DNA of 28,708 nucleotides, from NCBI GenBank assembly GCA_034722055.1, contig JAYENL010000215.1, positions 1 to 28,708 of the forward strand. Direction: 5' to 3'. How positions within the stretch are numbered: position 1 is the stretch's first letter; each line of letters opens with the position of its first letter. The notes beneath the pieces were generated by a model. It searched no databases. It was given only the letters and a program-made list of their open reading frames with translations, and was not told the origin of the DNA. This DNA is from Armatimonadota bacterium. Lineage in GTDB: Bacteria; Armatimonadota; Zipacnadia; Zipacnadales; UBA5352. The position numbers were made by a program, and so were the translations under genes. Below, in pieces: positions 7,907 through 15,717 of this stretch.

Positions 7907-9130
7907 GTGGCAGCCGAGACGCTCGTGCTCAAGCCGACGCAGGCACCGGAGACGGACCTCATCCTCCCGGCGCTGGAGGCACTGGCGCGCGCCGCGGCAG
8001 GTGACGCGCCGACCGCCGCCGCGGTGGTAACCGAGCAGGCGGCCCTGGTGCTGGACTGCGAGGTGGCGCTGATCGTGTCGCCGGCCACTGGAGGCGACGC
8101 TGTGCAGATCGCCGGGGCATGGCCCGATGATGCCGGATGCGAAGCTCCGCCGCACGCTCCGCGGGGCCTCGGCGAGCACCTCGCCGGCCTGGGGATGGCC
8201 TCGTGGCGGCGCCTGCCGCTGCAGGTCGAGAGCCACCCGCCCCTGGCCCTGGTCGTGGCGAGCCGGGGCGAGCAGCCGTGCGCGCAGATGCATCTGCTGG
8301 AGGCTTTCGCGCGGTCGGGCGCGGTGGCGCTGGCGGCCGCTGAGCCGGCGGGCGCGTGGCCGGCCTCGGTGGACGTGCGCGACCTCGAGCGAATGCGTGC
8401 GGTCAGCCAGCTCATCTTCGGCGTCTCGCACAGCCTCGCCAACGTCTTCGGCGGCATCCTCGGGAATCTCTACTTCCTGCGCGAGGCGGTGGAGCAGCCG
8501 CGGTCCCGAGAGCTTCTCGACCGCGTCACGCGCTCGGTCCGCCAGGGCATCGAGCTGGTCGGGCCGCTGGAGGCCTTCGCCGCCCGGCCCATGGAGGCCG
8601 GGATGGGCCCGGTGGACCTGAGCGAGCTGGCCGCCGAGGTGGTGGCGCTGGTAAGCGCCATCTGCGAGCCGTGGCCGCAATGTGCGGGCCTCGAGCTGCG
8701 AGCGCCGCCGAGTTCGCGCGCTGAACTCCCGGAGCCCTGCCCGGCCTGGGGGGACTCCCGGCGGCTCTCGCTGGCCCTGATTCGGGTTATCGGCAACGCC
8801 ATCGAGGCGGTGCACGGCGCCGGCCGGGTGGTCGTGGAGACGGAGACGGATGGCACATTCAGCCGGCTGCGCGTGATCGACGACGGTCCGGGCATGGATG
8901 AGGAGGCGGCGCGCAGGGCCACCGAGCCGTTCTTCACCACCGCTCCGGAGACCCACCAGGGCCTGGGGCTGGCGGCGGCCCGCGCCGTGGCAGTCGCTCA
9001 TCGCGGCAGCCTCAAGATCGCCCGCGGCCCCGCTGGCGGCACCGCCGTGACGCTGCAGATCCCCGCCAACCCGCCTGTTGACGCCTCTGCGGGCGCGGCC
9101 CCCAGCGGACCGGCAGCAATCGAGCATTGA
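7907..9130 (+). CDS. Soluble sensor histidine kinase (HisKA-like + HATPase_c), divergent
   Basis: H-box GVSHSLANVFGGILG, N-box VIGNAIEA, G1 DDGPGM, F-box EPFFTT, G2 GLGLA; no clear TM; SD GGAGGAGG. Confidence 0.85.
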   Translation: MAAETLVLKPTQAPETDLILPALEALARAAAGDAPTAAAVVTEQAALVLDCEVALIVSPATGGDAVQIAGAWPDDAGCEAPPHAPRGLGEHLAGLGMASWRRLPLQVESHPPLALVVASRGEQPCAQMHLLEAFARSGAVALAAAEPAGAWPASVDVRDLERMRAVSQLIFGVSHSLANVFGGILGNLYFLREAVEQPRSRELLDRVTRSVRQGIELVGPLEAFAARPMEAGMGPVDLSELAAEVVALVSAICEPWPQCAGLELRAPPSSRAELPEPCPAWGDSRRLSLALIRVIGNAIEAVHGAGRVVVETETDGTFSRLRVIDDGPGMDEEAARRATEPFFTTAPETHQGLGLAAARAVAVAHRGSLKIARGPAGGTAVTLQIPANPPVDASAGAAPSGPAAIEH

Positions 9131-9148
9131 CGCGAAAGGAGCGCGACG

Positions 9149-10369
9149 ATGAACAGAGCCCTGTTTGCAGGATTGTCGGGCACGATCGCATTTCAGGAGC
9201 GCATGGACGTGGTGGGTAACAACATTGCCAACGCCAACACAGTGGCGTACAAGGAGGGGCGCACGGCCTTCGCGGACGCCCTCTACGAGACCATTGAGGG
9301 CGGCCGATCCGGCGGCGAGGCCGGGATCGGCGGCTCCAACCCCGTGCAGATCGGCAGCGGGGTGTCGCTGGGCGCGGTCAGCGTGCAGCACGCTCAGGGC
9401 TCGCTGGAGCGCACCGGCCAGCCGCTGGACTGCGCTGTGGAGGGTGAGGGGATGTTCGTCTTCACCGACGGCCAGGGGCGCTACTTCAGTCGCGATGGCT
9501 CCTTCACCCTCGATAACACCAACACGCTGGTCTCCTCCTCCAGCGGCTACGCGGTTGTCGGCTGGGAGGCCGTCAACGGCCAGGTTGAGGCAAGCGGCGA
9601 CCCGGCGCGGCTGAGCTTCGACATCAGCGCTCTGGCCGCGCCCATCGCCAGCTCGGAGACCACGGTCATCGGTAACCTCGACAGCACCGCCGCCGAGGGG
9701 GACGCCCTGAGCACCACTATCTCCGTCTACGACTCCCTTGGCGAGGCACACGAGCTGGAGCTGACCTTCACGAAGACCGCCAACGTGGGTGAATGGGACT
9801 GCGAGGCCACATGCGAGGCCACCACCGCCACGACCACCATGCAGTTCGACAGCAGCGGCGCGCTCACTGCCGGAGGCACACTGACGATCGACGTGGCGCT
9901 GACCAACGGCGCCGCCAGCCCCCAGACGGTGACCGTGGAACTCTCTGACGTGACCTGCCTCGCCCAGGCGCACACCGTGGCCGCGCAGTCGCAGAACGGC
10001 TCCCCACCGGCCTCGCTGGTCTCCATCGAGATGTCGGATAACGGCTACGTAATGGGCCACTACTCCGACGGGCGCAGCAAGACGCTCGGCCAGGTCGCCA
10101 TGGCCGGCTTCACCAACCCCGGCGGCCTCCGCCGGGTGGGGAACAACCTGTTCATCGAGGGCCCCGCCTCCGGCAGGGCCTCCATCGGCGCGGCGGGCAC
10201 CGGCGGGCGCGGGGGCATCGTCGCCGGCAGCCTGGAGATGTCCAACGTCGATCTCACCCGCGCCTTCGTGGACATGATCACCACCCAGCGGGGCTTCCAG
10301 GCGTCTACCCGGGTGATCGCCACCGCCAACGAGATGATGGACGAGGTCGTGCGGCTCATCAGGACGTAG
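9149..10369 (+). CDS. flgE: Flagellar hook protein FlgE
   Basis: MDVVGNNIANANTVAYK, VYDSLG, FTNPGGL, LEMSNVDL...MITTQRGFQAS; SD AAAGGAG. Confidence 0.96.
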   Translation: MNRALFAGLSGTIAFQERMDVVGNNIANANTVAYKEGRTAFADALYETIEGGRSGGEAGIGGSNPVQIGSGVSLGAVSVQHAQGSLERTGQPLDCAVEGEGMFVFTDGQGRYFSRDGSFTLDNTNTLVSSSSGYAVVGWEAVNGQVEASGDPARLSFDISALAAPIASSETTVIGNLDSTAAEGDALSTTISVYDSLGEAHELELTFTKTANVGEWDCEATCEATTATTTMQFDSSGALTAGGTLTIDVALTNGAASPQTVTVELSDVTCLAQAHTVAAQSQNGSPPASLVSIEMSDNGYVMGHYSDGRSKTLGQVAMAGFTNPGGLRRVGNNLFIEGPASGRASIGAAGTGGRGGIVAGSLEMSNVDLTRAFVDMITTQRGFQASTRVIATANEMMDEVVRLIRT

Positions 10370-10399
10370 CGAGCGCCGGGCGCTGCTGCAGGACGGCAC

Positions 10400-10415
10400 C
10401 GGAACGGTTCTTGCT
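10400..10415 (+). promoter_or_regulatory. Putative sigma54 (-24/-12) promoter upstream of flbD-motAB
   Basis: CGGAACGGTTCTTGCT: GG-N10-GC spacing, TTGCT -12 element; intergenic, 27 bp before the flbD ATG. Confidence 0.6.
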
Positions 10416-10442
10416 GAGACAATGGGCTGAAAGGGGCGCGTT

Positions 10443-10673
10443 ATGATCCGCCTGACCGGACTCAACGGCAGAGAGGTGATCCTTAACGCTCTGCTCGTGG
10501 AGCGCGTCGAGGGCGTGCCCGACACGGTCATCACCTTGACCACCGGCAACAGCTACGTGGTGCGGGAGAGCGTGGACGAGGTCATCGACCGCGCCGTCGA
10601 GTACCTCCGCTCGCTCCGCGGCGACGACGGCGCCAGTCCCGTTGAGGTGGCGCAGTGGGGCCGCATCTCGTGA
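10443..10673 (+). CDS. flbD: Flagellar protein FlbD (SwrD family)
   Basis: MIRLTGLNG...LNALLVERVEGVPDTVITLTTGNSYVVRESVDEV; usual position between flgE and motA. Confidence 0.93.
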   Translation: MIRLTGLNGREVILNALLVERVEGVPDTVITLTTGNSYVVRESVDEVIDRAVEYLRSLRGDDGASPVEVAQWGRIS

Positions 10674-10716
10674 GCGGGTTGGGCCCGAGGCGGGAAAGCG
10701 AGGGAGCACTGGGCCT

Positions 10717-11541
10717 GTGAACGTCGGAACCATCATCGGCCTGACCGTGGCATTCGTGTTCATCCTCGGCTCCGTCGTGGTCGAGGGCGGGCACCTGTCG
10801 GCGCTGATCAACGTCCCGGCCGCCATGATCGTCTTCGGCGGCACCTTCGGGGCCACCATCATCAGCGCCCGGATCCAGGACATCCTGAACCTGCCCAGAG
10901 CGCTCCTGCAGGCCTTCGTCTCGGACGTTCCCGACCCGGTTGAGGTCAGCCAGCGACTCGTGGACATGGCCCGGCTGGCCCGCCGCGAGGGCTTCCTCGG
11001 CCTGGAGAAGGAGATCGGCGAAGTGCGCAATGCGAACCCGTTCATGGCCAAGGCCCTCCAGCTCGTTGCCGACGGCACGCCGCCGGAGACGGTCGCCGGC
11101 ATGCTGGAGACGGACCTGGCGCAGATCGCCGACCGCCACGCCGCCGCTGCGCAGGTGATGATGACCATGGGGGGGCTGGCGCCGACGCTGGGGGTGACCG
11201 GCACGGTCATGGGCCTGGTGCACATGATGGGCAGGATCGATGACCCCAGCTCCATGGGCCCGGCCATCGCCTCCGCGTTTCTGGCCACGCTCTACGGCGT
11301 GGCCTCGGCGAACGTCATCTTCATCCCGATGGGCGATAAGCTCAAGACCATCAGCCGGGCCGAGCAGCATTCCTGCCGCATCGTCATCGAGGGCGTCCGG
11401 GCCATCCAGCGCGGCGACAGCCCCATCGTGGTCGCGGAGGCGCTCAAGAGCTTCCTGCCGCCAAGCGGGCGGGGGAAGGTGGAGGCCGCCGGCGGCCCTG
11501 CGGCGGAGGCGGAGGGGGAGGTCAGTGAGCGGGCAGCCTGA
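10717..11541 (+). CDS. motA: Flagellar stator protein MotA
   Basis: TIIGL, AAMIVFGGTFGA, ARREGFLGLE (rotor-contact R/E), APTLGVTGTVMGL, AFLATLYGV; GTG start inferred. Confidence 0.95.
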   Translation: MNVGTIIGLTVAFVFILGSVVVEGGHLSALINVPAAMIVFGGTFGATIISARIQDILNLPRALLQAFVSDVPDPVEVSQRLVDMARLARREGFLGLEKEIGEVRNANPFMAKALQLVADGTPPETVAGMLETDLAQIADRHAAAAQVMMTMGGLAPTLGVTGTVMGLVHMMGRIDDPSSMGPAIASAFLATLYGVASANVIFIPMGDKLKTISRAEQHSCRIVIEGVRAIQRGDSPIVVAEALKSFLPPSGRGKVEAAGGPAAEAEGEVSERAA

Positions 11542-12418
11542 GGGTGAGGGAGAAGAGGCGAACCTGGAGCGCTGGCTCATCACCTACGCCGACATGATCA
11601 CGCTGCTGATGGCCTTCTTCATCATGCTCTACGCCATGTCGGTGGTGGACCTGAAGAAGTTCGAGGCGCTGAAGGGGGCCATCGGCGGCGTCTTCGGAGG
11701 CGCGCCGGTTGCCGCCGCTGACGCCGGAGTGCTGGACGGGGGCAAGGGCCTGCTGGGCGGGGGCGGAAGCCTCATCGCCAACAGCGCCACGCTGGCCAAC
11801 AGCATCTCACGCCAGATCGACACCGGCCTGCGCGAGGCGCTGAAGGGGCACGTGAAGGTCACGCACGACGCGGGACTGGTGACTGTGACCATGAAGGCCG
11901 ACCGCATCCTCTTTCCGGTGGGGGAGGCAAAGCTAACGGCGGCCATGCGCGAGGTGCTCGACGTGCTCGGACCGCCGCTGGCCGGCAGCGGCGCCACGCT
12001 GCTGGTGGAGGGGCACACCTGCGATCTGCCCATCAGCACCAGCCGCTTCCCCTCCAACTGGGAGCTCTCGGCGCAGCGCGCGAGTAACGTCATGGTGCAC
12101 CTGATCCGCCATAGTGGCATCTCGCCCCACCACATCTCGGCCGTGGGCTTCGCCGATACCAGGCCGCTGGTGGCCAATGACAGCGAGAGCCATCGGGCGC
12201 GCAACCGGCGCGTGGACATCGTGGTGCTGGCGAGCAGCGCCACGCATCTGACCTCCGCCTCAGCCCCGGCCGATGGCGACGATGATGCGCACCCACAGCC
12301 GATCAGGCTCGTTCCGCGCGTGGACATCACCGCCGGCCGCCTGCGGCCGGCCCAGGGCTCCGGTCCTGAGGCCGAGTCCGCGATGCTTCGGGCGCGGGAG
12401 GGGCACTCGGCGGACTGA
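11525..12418 (+). CDS. motB: Flagellar stator protein MotB (OmpA-like peptidoglycan-binding domain)
   Basis: ERWLITYADMITLLMAFFIMLYAMS, VEGHTCD, SNWELSAQRA, RARNRRVDI; GTG start inferred. Confidence 0.95.
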   Translation: MSGQPEGEGEEANLERWLITYADMITLLMAFFIMLYAMSVVDLKKFEALKGAIGGVFGGAPVAAADAGVLDGGKGLLGGGGSLIANSATLANSISRQIDTGLREALKGHVKVTHDAGLVTVTMKADRILFPVGEAKLTAAMREVLDVLGPPLAGSGATLLVEGHTCDLPISTSRFPSNWELSAQRASNVMVHLIRHSGISPHHISAVGFADTRPLVANDSESHRARNRRVDIVVLASSATHLTSASAPADGDDDAHPQPIRLVPRVDITAGRLRPAQGSGPEAESAMLRAREGHSAD

Positions 12419-12456
12419 GAAGCGCGCCAGGCCGACACCGAGGGGAGAGCAACCGA

Positions 12457-12987
12457 ATGAGACCGCACGGAGTGCGACGGGGAAGCCTGCTGACGAAGCT
12501 GAGCCTGCTGCTGCTGGCCGTGGGCACACTCCTGGCAGGCGCGGCCTTCGCCTGGACCAAGTTCAGGCCCGACGGCGAGCCCCCCCACGAGGAGGAGATG
12601 CAGGCCGCCGAGCTGGAGCTGCAGACCTTCAGCCTGGGCGAGTTCCTGGTGAACCTGCGCACCGACGACGGGACTCTCCGCTACCTCCAGACGGACATCA
12701 GCGTCCTCGCCCTGCCCCCCGCGCACGAGCCGCAGCAGGAGGGGCAGTCCGCCGCCCCTGGTCACAGCTCGGCGGGGGAGGACGAGCCGGAGCCCAGGCT
12801 GGACCCCTCCAGCCACCGCCTGGCGCGGGACGTGGCCATCGAGGTGCTCTCCAGCCAGAGCTTCGAGGCGCTACGCGACACGACGGACCGAGCCGCGCTC
12901 AAGCGGCTTCTGGCCCAGAGGCTTGACGAGACGCTGGAGGATTACACCGTCGAGGATGTGCTGTTCACGGCCTTCGTGATGCAGTAG
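12457..12987 (+). CDS. fliL: Flagellar basal body-associated protein FliL
   Basis: N-terminal TM, GEFLVNL...RYLQ, RDVAIEVLSS, C-terminal VEDVLFTAFVMQ. Confidence 0.92.
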   Translation: MRPHGVRRGSLLTKLSLLLLAVGTLLAGAAFAWTKFRPDGEPPHEEEMQAAELELQTFSLGEFLVNLRTDDGTLRYLQTDISVLALPPAHEPQQEGQSAAPGHSSAGEDEPEPRLDPSSHRLARDVAIEVLSSQSFEALRDTTDRAALKRLLAQRLDETLEDYTVEDVLFTAFVMQ

Positions 12988-12990
12988 GAC

Positions 12991-13212
12991 GTCAGTCGTC
13001 AGTCGTCAGTCATTAGTCGTCAGTCATTAGTCATTAGTCATTAGTCATTAGTCATTAGTCGTCAGTCATCAGTCGTCAGCTTACGACGTGCGGCTTGCAG
13101 CTTGTGGCTTGCAGCTTCGTTCATCAGTCGTCAGCTTGCGGCTTGCAGCTTGTGGCTTGCAGCTTGCAGCTTCGTTGATCAGTCGTCAGCGTGCGACGTG
13201 CGACGTGAGACT
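12991..13212 (+). repeat. Heptamer tandem repeat array
   Basis: 12 units of RTYAGTC (12991-13074), then TGYRGCT and TGCGACG units; roughly 7-bp periodicity across the fliL-fliN gap. Confidence 0.93.
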
Positions 13213-13230
13213 CGCAGCGTGTGGGTAGCG

Positions 13231-13731
13231 ATGGACGGCGACAGGGAGGAACCGCAGGTGCCGGAGAGAGCCGCCAGCGAGCAGCCACAGGAGGAGACCC
13301 AGCCCGATCCGGGGCCTGAGGCGGAGGCGGAGCGGACCGACCACGCCTCCCAGCCGGCCGTGGAGGAGGGCGTGCATCGCCTGGACGCGGAGTCGCCGGC
13401 CACCCGGCCTGAGCGCCGCGAGGGCGGCTCGCAGCCCGACTCCTCGGAGCAGGGCGAGCCATGGGGCAATCTCCACCGCATGCTGGACGTGCCATTGACC
13501 ATCACGGTGGAGCTGGGCAGCACCGAGATGCCGCTGTCGGAGGTGCTGAAGCTGGAGACCGGGTCGGTGATCACTATCAACCGCCTGCCCGGGGAGCCCA
13601 TCGACCTGCTCATCAACGGCCGGGTCTTCGCTCGCGGTGAGGTGGTGGTCGTCAACGACACCTTCGCCTACCGCATCACGGAGCTGATAGAGGACGCGGA
13701 GGACACGATCGCGATCTCGGAGACTGTGTAA
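13231..13731 (+). CDS. fliN: Flagellar motor switch protein FliN with acidic disordered N-terminus
   Basis: LDVPLTITVELG...LKLETGSVITIN...GEPIDLLING...ARGEVVVVND (SpoA domain); start set at ATG 13231. Confidence 0.92.
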   Translation: MDGDREEPQVPERAASEQPQEETQPDPGPEAEAERTDHASQPAVEEGVHRLDAESPATRPERREGGSQPDSSEQGEPWGNLHRMLDVPLTITVELGSTEMPLSEVLKLETGSVITINRLPGEPIDLLINGRVFARGEVVVVNDTFAYRITELIEDAEDTIAISETV

Positions 13732-13886
13732 CAGTCTCCGCGTCGTGGGGCCTGCAACTCGACAACGACAAGCGGCGCACGCTCAGGAGTGTGCGGAGGC
13801 TCGCAAGCGAGCCAGGTTGCGCAGTTCCTCAGACCCCGACGGGGTCTGCTTGGGAACATGCGTGCCACAAAACGGCAGACCACCGC

Positions 13887-14027
13887 GTGGGTCGGGCTTT
13901 CACGCGTAGTCGGGCTTGCGGCCCGACTCTTCCACGCGAAGTCGGGCTTCCAGCCCGACTCATCCACGCCTAGGTCGGGCTTCCAGCCCGACTCTCATCC
14001 ACGCGTAGGTCGGGCTTCCAGCCCGAC
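13887..14027 (+). repeat. Tandem array of REP-like palindromes (four full copies and one truncated)
   Basis: Units at 13887 (partial), 13905, 13938, 13970 and 14005, core GTCGGGCTTCCAGCCCGAC, separated by similar short linkers resembling TCATCCACGC. Confidence 0.88.
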
Positions 14028-14044
14028 TCAGGGAGGGATGCATT

Positions 14045-14638
14045 GTGAAGCGCAGAGCGCTGGTCATGACGGCCGTCCTGCTCGTGGCGCTCGCGGCGTG
14101 TGCGACTGGTTGGGCGCAGTCGGAGGCGCCGGCCACGGAATACACCATCGGGGGGCCCGCGGAGCCCGCGCACACCGCCGGCTCCGGTCCGGCCTACCTC
14201 TCGGTGGTGGAGCTGCTGGGCAAGCTGGTGGTGGCGGTGCTGGTGGCGTGGGGCCTGGTGCAGGCGGTGCGCTGGTGGCAGGACCGCCGGGGCAACGCCC
14301 ATGGCGCCGGGCCCGGCGGCAGACTCCTGCGCATCGAGGAGTCCCTCTCGCTGGGCGCCGACGGTCGGCTGTATCTCGTGGAGGTGGACGGGCGCCGCCT
14401 GCTGCTCGGCACCGGGGAGGGCATGGTGGCTCAGATCGCCGACATCTCCGAGGCGCCCCCGCGGCCCTCGCTCTACCGCTCCATCAAGCGCCGCGCCGAC
14501 GGCGGCTCCGATGAGCTGACCATCGCGCACAGGCCGGTCTCCACCGAGCCGGTGCGCCCCGACCTGGTCGAGACCGACGAGGGCGAGAGCTGGGAACAGC
14601 GGCGCAGCCGCCTGCTGCGCGAGCTGCAGGAGCAGTGA
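14045..14638 (+). CDS. fliO: Flagellar export chaperone FliO, with N-terminal signal-peptide-like extension
   Basis: TM followed by LRIEESLSLGADGRLYLVEVDGRRLLLG; lies between fliN and fliP; SD GGAGG. Confidence 0.82.
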   Translation: MKRRALVMTAVLLVALAACATGWAQSEAPATEYTIGGPAEPAHTAGSGPAYLSVVELLGKLVVAVLVAWGLVQAVRWWQDRRGNAHGAGPGGRLLRIEESLSLGADGRLYLVEVDGRRLLLGTGEGMVAQIADISEAPPRPSLYRSIKRRADGGSDELTIAHRPVSTEPVRPDLVETDEGESWEQRRSRLLRELQEQ

Positions 14639-15405
14639 TGCCGGTGAGCCGGGCCGCGCGCTCCGGGCTTCGCATCGCGGCAGTCGCGGCGCTGCTGCTG
14701 GCCGCGTCGCGGGTGAGCGTGGCGCAGGGCCCGGCTCTGCCCGCCCTGCCGGGCGAATGGACCAGCGACGATCCGCAGCAGATTGTCCTGACGCTGCGCA
14801 TCCTGATCGGCCTGGCGCTGCTGTCGCTGGCGCCCGCGCTGCTGATGACGCTGACCTCCTTCACGCGCATCATCATCATTCTCAGCTTCCTGCGCAGCGC
14901 GCTGGGCACCCAGCAGACGCCGCCGAATGCGGTGCTGGTCGGCTTCGCGCTGCTGCTGACCTTCTTCGTGATGCACCCGGTGTTCGACGACATCAACAGC
15001 CGCGCCGTTCAGCCCTACATGCACCAGGAGATCGGCTATGAGCGGGCGCTGGAGGAGGCCGCCCTGCCACTGCGGGAGTTCATGCTCCGGCAGACGCGGG
15101 AGAAGGACCTGGCGCTGTTCTATGAGATCGCCGACCTTGCCCGCCCGGCCACGCCCCAGGACGTGCCCTTTCACGTGCTCATGCCCGGCTTCGTGATCAG
15201 CGAGCTGAAGTCGGCCTTTCAGATCGGCTTCGTGCTGTTCGTGCCCTTCCTGGTTATCGACCTGGTGGTGGCCAGCTCGCTCATGTCCATGGGGATGCTC
15301 ATGGTGCCGCCGGTGATGATCTCGCTGCCCGTGAAGATTCTGCTGTTCGTGATGGTTGACGGCTGGCATTTGGTGACCCGCTCGGTGGTCCTCAGCTTCG
15401 CGTGA
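14635..15405 (+). CDS. fliP: Flagellar export gate protein FliP
   Basis: TSFTRIIIILSFLRSALGTQQTPPN, ISELKSAFQIGF, PFLVIDLVVAS, PPVMISLPVKILLFVMVDGW. Confidence 0.97.
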   Translation: MMPVSRAARSGLRIAAVAALLLAASRVSVAQGPALPALPGEWTSDDPQQIVLTLRILIGLALLSLAPALLMTLTSFTRIIIILSFLRSALGTQQTPPNAVLVGFALLLTFFVMHPVFDDINSRAVQPYMHQEIGYERALEEAALPLREFMLRQTREKDLALFYEIADLARPATPQDVPFHVLMPGFVISELKSAFQIGFVLFVPFLVIDLVVASSLMSMGMLMVPPVMISLPVKILLFVMVDGWHLVTRSVVLSFA

Positions 15406-15419
15406 GGGGATCGGACTGC

Positions 15420-15689
15420 ATGCCCACAGATCTCTACGTGGCATTGGCAAAGGACATGTTCGTGGCCACGCTCAAGCTCGGCGGCCCCGTGCTGGGCGTG
15501 GCCCTGGTGGTCGGCGTGGCTATCGCCATCCTGCAGGCGGTCACCCAGATCCAGGAGATGACCCTGACCTTCGTGCCCAAGGTGATCGCCATCGGCCTGA
15601 CGATCCTCGCGTGTGGCTCGTGGATGCTGCGCTCGCTGGCCAGCTTCGCGGAGGAGCTCTTCAGGCACATCCCGGAGTACGTGCGATGA
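15420..15689 (+). CDS. fliQ: Flagellar export gate protein FliQ
   Basis: LQAVTQIQEMTLTFVPK. Confidence 0.96.
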   Translation: MPTDLYVALAKDMFVATLKLGGPVLGVALVVGVAIAILQAVTQIQEMTLTFVPKVIAIGLTILACGSWMLRSLASFAEELFRHIPEYVR

Positions 15690-15717
15690 CCGGACCCCAG
15701 GGAGACGTGCGGAGATC

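Noticed and set aside
7877..10549. 890-aa minus-strand ORF
   Set aside because: Antisense shadow of the kinase, flgE and flbD; no motifs; expected from high-GC codon bias
13102..13230. N-terminal extension of FliN in the ORF track (WLAACS repeats)
   Set aside because: Translation of the heptamer array; ATG 13231 is the more plausible start
13852..13867. Minus-strand TGGCACGCATGTTCCC as a sigma54 promoter
   Set aside because: The -12 element is TTCC rather than TTGC, and it points antisense to the operon
13887..14027. Possible CRISPR array
   Set aside because: Linkers are only about 10-12 bp and similar to each other, the repeat is dispersed across the window as a REP, and there are no cas genes
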